Positions 55,230 through 60,544 of a stretch of 60,544 nucleotides of DNA are shown one piece after another (position 1 is the stretch's first letter; each line of letters starts with the position of its first letter). Position numbers and translations under genes: made by a program. The notes under the pieces were generated by a model. It had not been told where the DNA came from and did not search any database. It saw only the letters and a program-made list of their open reading frames with translations. Location of the stretch: contig JBAXQK010000005.1 in NCBI GenBank assembly GCA_037131775.1, positions 1 through 60,544 on the forward strand, in the 5' to 3' direction. Origin of the DNA: Candidatus Uhrbacteria bacterium (GTDB taxonomy: Bacteria > Patescibacteriota > Patescibacteriia > UBA9934 > GWF2-40-263).

Positions 55230-55904
55230 TCAGGCGGACGGCGCCGGAGTTTTCTGCAGGCGGACGAAGCCGTTCAGGAGGAGGTACATGCCGACGAAAA
55301 CCATGATTAGGCTTGCCCGCTGGAGCCCCGCGCCCGTGAGGAACGGGCCGATCCCGATCGCGATCCACAGGCATGCGCGCTCGGACTTTTCCCTGTAGCC
55401 CGTGAGCTTCCAGAGAATCGCATGGAGCATCTGCCCGCCGTCGAGCGGATGGGCGATGATCAGGTTGAAGGACGCGATCGCGAAGTTGGCATAGATCGTC
55501 CAGGCGACGAGGACGCGGATCAGTTCCCCGTCGAACGGCAGTCCGATGACAGACAGCCCGAGCGCGAGCGCGAGGTTCGCCGCCGGCCCCGCCGCGCTCA
55601 TGAGGAACAGGCCGCCCGGCGTGCTCGGAAGCGCGCGCAGCTTCGCGAATCCGCCGAGCCCGTGCAGAAGGACCTCGTCGGTCTCCGCGCCGAATTTCCG
55701 CGCCACGAGCACGTGGGAAAACTCGTGCGCGAGCAACGTGAAGGTAAACGCGGCGTTGACGAGACCGAGGACGGCAATTCGCTCAGCGTATCCATCGGCA
55801 AAACGATCAAACGAAGGCGCCAGCTGAAACATGAGATAGAAGAGCAGCAGGACATACCACGGCGACATGCGAACAGGGACGCCGAACAAGGAACCGAGCG
55901 TCAT
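55230..55904 (-). CDS. site-2 protease (peptidase M50) family protein
   Basis: LAHEFSHVLVARKFG and NLIIAHPLDGG. Promoter TTGACA-17-TAGCGT and a GGAGG SD. Confidence 0.85.
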   Translation of the reverse strand: MTLGSLFGVPVRMSPWYVLLLFYLMFQLAPSFDRFADGYAERIAVLGLVNAAFTFTLLAHEFSHVLVARKFGAETDEVLLHGLGGFAKLRALPSTPGGLFLMSAAGPAANLALALGLSVIGLPFDGELIRVLVAWTIYANFAIASFNLIIAHPLDGGQMLHAILWKLTGYREKSERACLWIAIGIGPFLTGAGLQRASLIMVFVGMYLLLNGFVRLQKTPAPSA

Positions 55905-56050
55905 TGGGAATGACCTCCAGACGAGGAACGCTACGCCGTTTTCGCGATCCTGTCAATCGACGGGGCTTCCCCGTATTTACTCTTCGCTGACGCCGAGCCA
56001 TTGACCATTCCGCCGTCATCGGGTAAACATCCGGCACGCACGGAGGCTTT

Positions 56051-56632
56051 ATGTCACGACTTGTCTGGCCGCTCCACGGCCTGGATCCGCTTCTGCCTGG
56101 AAACGAACTCGGAAGCTTCGGGAGGGAGACGGGAGGAACGATGCGAACGCGCGTCGACCTGTACTGCGAGCGGGGACAGTCGGTCGTCTCCGTGGAGGAG
56201 GGAACGGTCGTGGCGATCGTTCCGTTCTCCGGGAAGCATGCCCGGGAAAATCCGAACTCGACGGACCATGACACCTTTGCCGTGCTTGTGGAGGGACCGG
56301 CCGGAGTTGTCGTCTACGGCAACGTCCACCCGCTTGTCGCCGTCGGCAAGCGGGTGAAGGCCGACGAGCACATCGCGTCCGTCGTTCCCCGATGCAGCCA
56401 TTTCACGGGCGTGCCGATGGTCATGCTGGGATTCGAGCTTCACGCGACAGGGTCGCGCGAGCTCCTCAGGTGGTACCGCGGCGATCCGAGGCCCGACGCG
56501 CTTCTCGACCCCATCCCGCTGCTGCGCGATGCCGCGGACGGTCCGATCTCGATGTTCGACCTCGACTTCTACGACGAGGTTCGCTTCCGTGCCAGCGAAA
56601 CGCCGTGGCAAGGAAATGGCGGGCTCGTCTGA
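56051..56632 (+). CDS. LytM/M23-like domain protein, probably catalytically degenerate, no signal peptide
   Basis: The layout RTRVDLYCERGQSVVSVEEGTVVAI...VYGNVHPLVAVGKRVKADEHIASV...MLGFELH resembles M23, but the HxxxD and HxH positions read RTRVD and ELH. Confidence 0.5.
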   Translation: MSRLVWPLHGLDPLLPGNELGSFGRETGGTMRTRVDLYCERGQSVVSVEEGTVVAIVPFSGKHARENPNSTDHDTFAVLVEGPAGVVVYGNVHPLVAVGKRVKADEHIASVVPRCSHFTGVPMVMLGFELHATGSRELLRWYRGDPRPDALLDPIPLLRDAADGPISMFDLDFYDEVRFRASETPWQGNGGLV

Positions 56633-56696
56633 GCTCCTGATGCGTCCGACCGGACGCATTTTTTCTTTGGGCGCGATCGTGTACACTTGCCCCGAT

Positions 56697-57194
56697 ATGC
56701 AAGAACGCCGCGCGCGCAAAAACTACGTCGAAAAGGATCTGGCCGGCGCCGAGCTCGAGGACATTTTCTTCGAGACATGCTCGTTCATTGCGACGGACCT
56801 GACGGATGCGCGGCTCGTCGGGGTCACGTTCGAAGGGTGCAAGCTGATCGGCGTCGACTTCCGGAAGTGCTGCGCGTTTCCGGCGATCGACATGCAATTC
56901 TTCAACTGCGTCCTCGATGGTTGTAACTTTTCGGACCTGTCGCTCAAGCGCCAGAAGTTCGTCTCTTGCGACCTCCGCCGCTGCGTCTTCCTCCGAGCCG
57001 ACCTCACGGACGCGGACTTCTCGCACTCGGATCTGGACGAATCGATCTTCCACGAGTGCGACCTGCGTCGCGCGGATTTTTCCCGGGCGAGAAACTACCT
57101 GGTCGACCCGAACGGAAACAAGATCGCCGGGGCAAAGTTTTCCTTGCCGGAGGCGATCTCGCTGTTGCGCGGATTTGAAATTGTGCTGCGCTAA
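56697..57194 (+). CDS. pentapeptide-repeat protein
   Basis: Internal ATG 56697. Tandem A(D/N)LxX-type pentapeptides: ADLTDADFSHSDLDESIFHECDLRRADFSRA. Confidence 0.85.
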   Translation: MQERRARKNYVEKDLAGAELEDIFFETCSFIATDLTDARLVGVTFEGCKLIGVDFRKCCAFPAIDMQFFNCVLDGCNFSDLSLKRQKFVSCDLRRCVFLRADLTDADFSHSDLDESIFHECDLRRADFSRARNYLVDPNGNKIAGAKFSLPEAISLLRGFEIVLR

Positions 57195-58894
57195 AAGCTC
57201 GCGATCTGCGCGTCCCAGGAATATCCGTCCGTCGCGCCCGGGGACATGACGCCGGAGATGAGCTTTCCTTGCTCGAGAATAGTTCTCACGGATCCATCGT
57301 TTGCCTTCCGCAGCTGGTCCATCATCGCCTGGACGGACGGGTCCCCGCCCGTCGCCGCCGACAGGATTTTTTCCTGAAGCTCGAGGGAATTTTTTGCGTC
57401 AATCACCTTCTGTACCGCTTCGGGAACGCGCGAAACCGCGCCGTCATGCATTCCAAAATCCCCGACGTTTCCCTCCAGGTCCACAAGCGCCTTTTCCGCG
57501 ATATTCAGGCGAATCTGCCCGTTGATGACCCCGCGAACGCTCTTAATGGAACTGGCGTCCAGATGTCCGCCTTCCGCAACGACGCGCGACAGCGTATGGG
57601 CAAACTCAACGGTATCGGCCGAGACGTTCAGGGGCAGCTCCGAGCCGAATGACCTGCCCACGCTGTCCCCGCCCATCGTGGACGTGATCGAAAAGACCGT
57701 GTCCCCGTCGCGCGAAACCATCATCGCCTGGACCGCCTTTTCCTTCGCCGTCACCTCCGCGGGCGATCCGCTCATTCCGTCCGCGTATCCCGCGACCCGC
57801 AGGGCGCCGTCTCCCATGCGCAGCACCTGGCCGTATGCGATGGTCGCGAGCGCCGCGTCAACGATCTGCACGGTCTCCCCGGAATGCGAGAGGATCTTCT
57901 CGTACTGATGCGTGGCGCCGTTTGCGCGATCCACCTCAATGAGCTTGGCATAGACGTCGTCAACGGATACGCCGGACGACTGGAGCGACTCGATCATCCC
58001 TGCCGACGAGTCCCCGTACGTCTTCGAAAGCGCCGCCTGGAGATTCTTCAGATGGGAATCCCTGACGTTCCCTTCGCGAAGAATCCCGTCCGCGACGGAA
58101 TCGACATTCGGGCCGAGCATCGGGGACAGCTCCGAAACGAGACCGTCATGGGTTTTGACAGCCTCGTCGCGGACGTCCTCAACAACCGCGCGCTCGGCGT
58201 TGGATGGCGCGAGCGAAAGAACGAGGTCGGTCACTCCGCTTCCGTTTCCATAGGTGTCAATTTGATGGACAAATTGGTCCGTGATGCCCAAATCACCCAG
58301 CTTGCCAATTTCCTCGCGAGACATGGAAGTGCCATCCGGAAGCGCGACCGTCTCGCCCGCGGATACGGCGTGTGCGGCCGAGAACTCAGAAAGCCCTCCG
58401 CCCACGCTGTCCCGCGAAACCCGCATCGCGCTTTCTACCGCCTGCTGCCCCGCCTCCATTCCGTGATACGCCTCCGCCCCGGCCTTTGCCCCGCTCATTC
58501 CCAGAGCCGCGCCAAACAGCACCAACGGAAGCCTCAGTCGTTTGAGGACAGAGAAGACCTTTTGCATGCGCGGGCTGGGCGGAAGCTCTTCGTCATGATC
58601 GAGAATGCTTCGCTCCGTTTCTCTTACGGCTGGCAATTCCTCGACCTTCGCGGAAGGAATCACGATTTGATCCAAGGAAATATCCCCGAACGCGTCCCTG
58701 ACGCCCTTCGCATCCATAGGAACGAACGTCCTCACCCCCTCGACGTTAAAAATCGGGGTGCCGGCCGTGTCGGGACCCTCGTTCGTTTTTTTCAATTCGT
58801 TCGACAATTCCCGCAGCCGTTGCGCTTCGTAGGCAGGAGGCGGCGCCTTCCATTCTTTTTGCCCCGGAATCATCGATCCGTTTTCAGCACTCAT
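57191..58894 (-). CDS. large hypothetical single-pass membrane protein
   Basis: Track ORF runs to 58930; I prefer ATG 58894 (MSAENGS), though the start is uncertain. TM helix LPLVLFGAALGMSGAKAGA at about residue 130. Its stop overlaps the pentapeptide gene's stop. Confidence 0.6.
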   Translation of the reverse strand: MSAENGSMIPGQKEWKAPPPAYEAQRLRELSNELKKTNEGPDTAGTPIFNVEGVRTFVPMDAKGVRDAFGDISLDQIVIPSAKVEELPAVRETERSILDHDEELPPSPRMQKVFSVLKRLRLPLVLFGAALGMSGAKAGAEAYHGMEAGQQAVESAMRVSRDSVGGGLSEFSAAHAVSAGETVALPDGTSMSREEIGKLGDLGITDQFVHQIDTYGNGSGVTDLVLSLAPSNAERAVVEDVRDEAVKTHDGLVSELSPMLGPNVDSVADGILREGNVRDSHLKNLQAALSKTYGDSSAGMIESLQSSGVSVDDVYAKLIEVDRANGATHQYEKILSHSGETVQIVDAALATIAYGQVLRMGDGALRVAGYADGMSGSPAEVTAKEKAVQAMMVSRDGDTVFSITSTMGGDSVGRSFGSELPLNVSADTVEFAHTLSRVVAEGGHLDASSIKSVRGVINGQIRLNIAEKALVDLEGNVGDFGMHDGAVSRVPEAVQKVIDAKNSLELQEKILSAATGGDPSVQAMMDQLRKANDGSVRTILEQGKLISGVMSPGATDGYSWDAQIASF

Positions 58895-58953
58895 ACGCAG
58901 AAAATAAACTCTTCCCTGGTAGCGTACCACACCATTTCGACGGAACTCACATC

Positions 58954-59685
58954 CTAGAGTCTATCATACAGCGCCCGGAAAAGCGCGGTCTGGTACTCCG
59001 CGAATACAGGGTTCTCGATGATTGTCGCGGTCTCGGTCCCGTAGTCGATGAACGCGACCTTGGTGCCGTACACCACCTGGGTCACGTCGAAGTCGAACAG
59101 GCCATACTCCTTCGGGAATAGCTTGATGGCGCGGTCCATGCGCTGGCCTTTTTCCGACGCGCGGGCCTGGCTCGTGATGACGAACCGCTCGAGCTGCTTC
59201 GCGTCGCGGGCGGCGCGGTAGGTCGACGGGAGATACTCGTCGCGATTCTTGTTCGCGGACGAGTATCGGTAGAACGTGTCGCCGCGCTTGAGCGTGCGCA
59301 CGAGATCCTCGAACACGAACTTGATCCCCTTCTTGCCCTCAAGCGTCTTCACCGTCGGCCGCTTTCCGCGCGCGTGGAACGACTCCGTCAGACCCGGAAG
59401 CACGATCTGCAACTGACCGCGCACGTCGTCGAGCAAACGTTCGAGTCGGTCCGGAGGTTCCGCGACGAACAGGTTGCGCTCGCCTTTTCGCGAGACGGTC
59501 ACGAGACCTTGGTCCTGGAGGACGGGGAGGTGCTTATAAACAATCGGCCGGTGCAGTCCGGTCCGCTTGGAGATGTCCGAGATGGTCGCCGGACCCGTTT
59601 CCAACAGCGCGAGATACATGTCCGCCTCGTTTTTTCCAAGCCCGACACGGCGGAGAAGCTCATTTATCTGCATAAAGCGTAACAT
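58954..59685 (-). CDS. TrmB-family HTH transcriptional regulator (second copy)
   Basis: LGKNEADMYLALLETGPATISDISKRTGLHRPIVYKHLPVLQDQGLV. It lies 23 nt upstream of the 57191-58894 gene. Confidence 0.7.
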   Translation of the reverse strand: MLRFMQINELLRRVGLGKNEADMYLALLETGPATISDISKRTGLHRPIVYKHLPVLQDQGLVTVSRKGERNLFVAEPPDRLERLLDDVRGQLQIVLPGLTESFHARGKRPTVKTLEGKKGIKFVFEDLVRTLKRGDTFYRYSSANKNRDEYLPSTYRAARDAKQLERFVITSQARASEKGQRMDRAIKLFPKEYGLFDFDVTQVVYGTKVAFIDYGTETATIIENPVFAEYQTALFRALYDRL

Positions 59686-59860
59686 TTAGTTACAACTGCA
59701 AGAGTATAGCATTATTTAGTAAAATGGAAAATTCGACGGTTTTTTCCTAGTTGTGAATACAGACGATGGATTTATTCAAGACAGTCGGTTCATGTTGATG
59801 TTTACTGCTCGTTAGGCTCGACGACGGTCGAAGGGCCTGGAACCAACCAGCAACGGAGCA

Positions 59861-60514
59861 ATGATGACTCTCCCAGACAACGTCTTTCTCACCCAGCACC
59901 CCATCGCCCGCGTCCTCCTCTCTGAGCTGCGCGACGAGCAGACGACTCCCGCCCGGTTTCGCGACGCGGTGAAGCGACTCGGCCGGTTCGTCGCCGCCGA
60001 CGCCACCGCGAGACTTCCGCTGCGCTCCTTCCCAATCGTCACCGGGACAAAGGAGTCGACGAACGGCTACGCGGTCGAGTCCAACGTCGCGATCGCCCCG
60101 GTCCTCCGCGCCGGCCTCGGACTCGTCGATCCCTTCCTCGAGCTCCTCCCCGACGCGCTCATCTGGCACGTCGGCATGGGCCGCAACGAGGAGACGCTCC
60201 TCCCGCGCCTCTACCTGAACGCGGTCCCGAAGACCATGCCCTTCCCCGCAGACCTCGGCATCGTCTACGTCCTCGACACGATGCTCGCCACCGGCGGCTC
60301 CGCGAGCGCGGTCCTCGACCTGGTCAAGGCAAGCGGCGCAAAGAACATCGCCTTCGTCGGCCTCCTCGCCGCCCCCGAGGGAGTTGCCCGCCTCCACGCC
60401 GACCACCCCGACGTCCCGATCCACCTCGCCGCCATCGACGACCGCCTCGGCCACCGCGGCTACATCCTCCCGGGCCTCGGCGACGCCGGCGACCGCCAGT
60501 TCCCGAAGTACTAA
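59861..60514 (+). CDS. upp: uracil phosphoribosyltransferase (second copy)
   Basis: Motifs APVLRAGLGLVDPF, YVLDTMLATGGSA and YILPGLGDAGDRQF. GGAG lies before the ATG. Confidence 0.9.
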   Translation: MMTLPDNVFLTQHPIARVLLSELRDEQTTPARFRDAVKRLGRFVAADATARLPLRSFPIVTGTKESTNGYAVESNVAIAPVLRAGLGLVDPFLELLPDALIWHVGMGRNEETLLPRLYLNAVPKTMPFPADLGIVYVLDTMLATGGSASAVLDLVKASGAKNIAFVGLLAAPEGVARLHADHPDVPIHLAAIDDRLGHRGYILPGLGDAGDRQFPKY

Positions 60515-60544
60515 CCACACTCACACACCCACAATCCCCCGGAG

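Noticed and set aside
57191-57194. 4-nt overlap of convergent stop codons (CTAA) as a regulatory feature.
   Set aside because: Overlap like this is common in compact genomes, and there is no additional structure. It was noted only as an annotation detail.

Overview
60.5-kb high-GC bacterial chromosome fragment, by eye well above 60% GC except for a few AT-richer patches. It is gene-dense, and most genes sit in their own unit: a TTGACA-N17-TAnnnT promoter, then a Shine-Dalgarno (SD)-led or leaderless start, then a hairpin plus U-tract terminator. The 16S gene and the gene content look like Candidate Phyla Radiation (CPR) / Parcubacteria: ClpP, VanW, a lycopene-cyclase-domain protein, zinc-ribbon proteins and many small orphan ORFs. 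I cannot confirm that placement without a database search. Recognisable content: the right end of an AT-rich integrated element carrying a large serine recombinase (1-3700); an RHH/RelE toxin-antitoxin pair; housekeeping genes (clpP, smc, rpsP, trmD, pyrB, pyrD, two upp, ruvC, yebC); transporters (CDF, MFS, Nramp); a stand-alone 16S rRNA gene; and four tRNAs. I found no CRISPR array, cas gene or transposase, and no named defence system. The observations most worth follow-up are non-coding or organisational: (1) a self-contained promoter-to-terminator unit for a rod-shaped RNA of about 160 nt between vanW and clpP; (2) a terminator/antiterminator leader with a leaderless uORF ahead of the MFS transporter; (3) a 49-nt perfect palindrome whose 21-nt arm recurs 34 kb away; (4) a 17-kb block of monocistronic orphan genes that splits the conserved rpsP-trmD neighbourhood and holds tandem paralogues, several HExxH proteins and a duplicated promoter-leader cassette; (5) an unusually short Smc with no visible hinge. 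Long antisense ORFs in the six-frame track are treated as high-GC artefacts.
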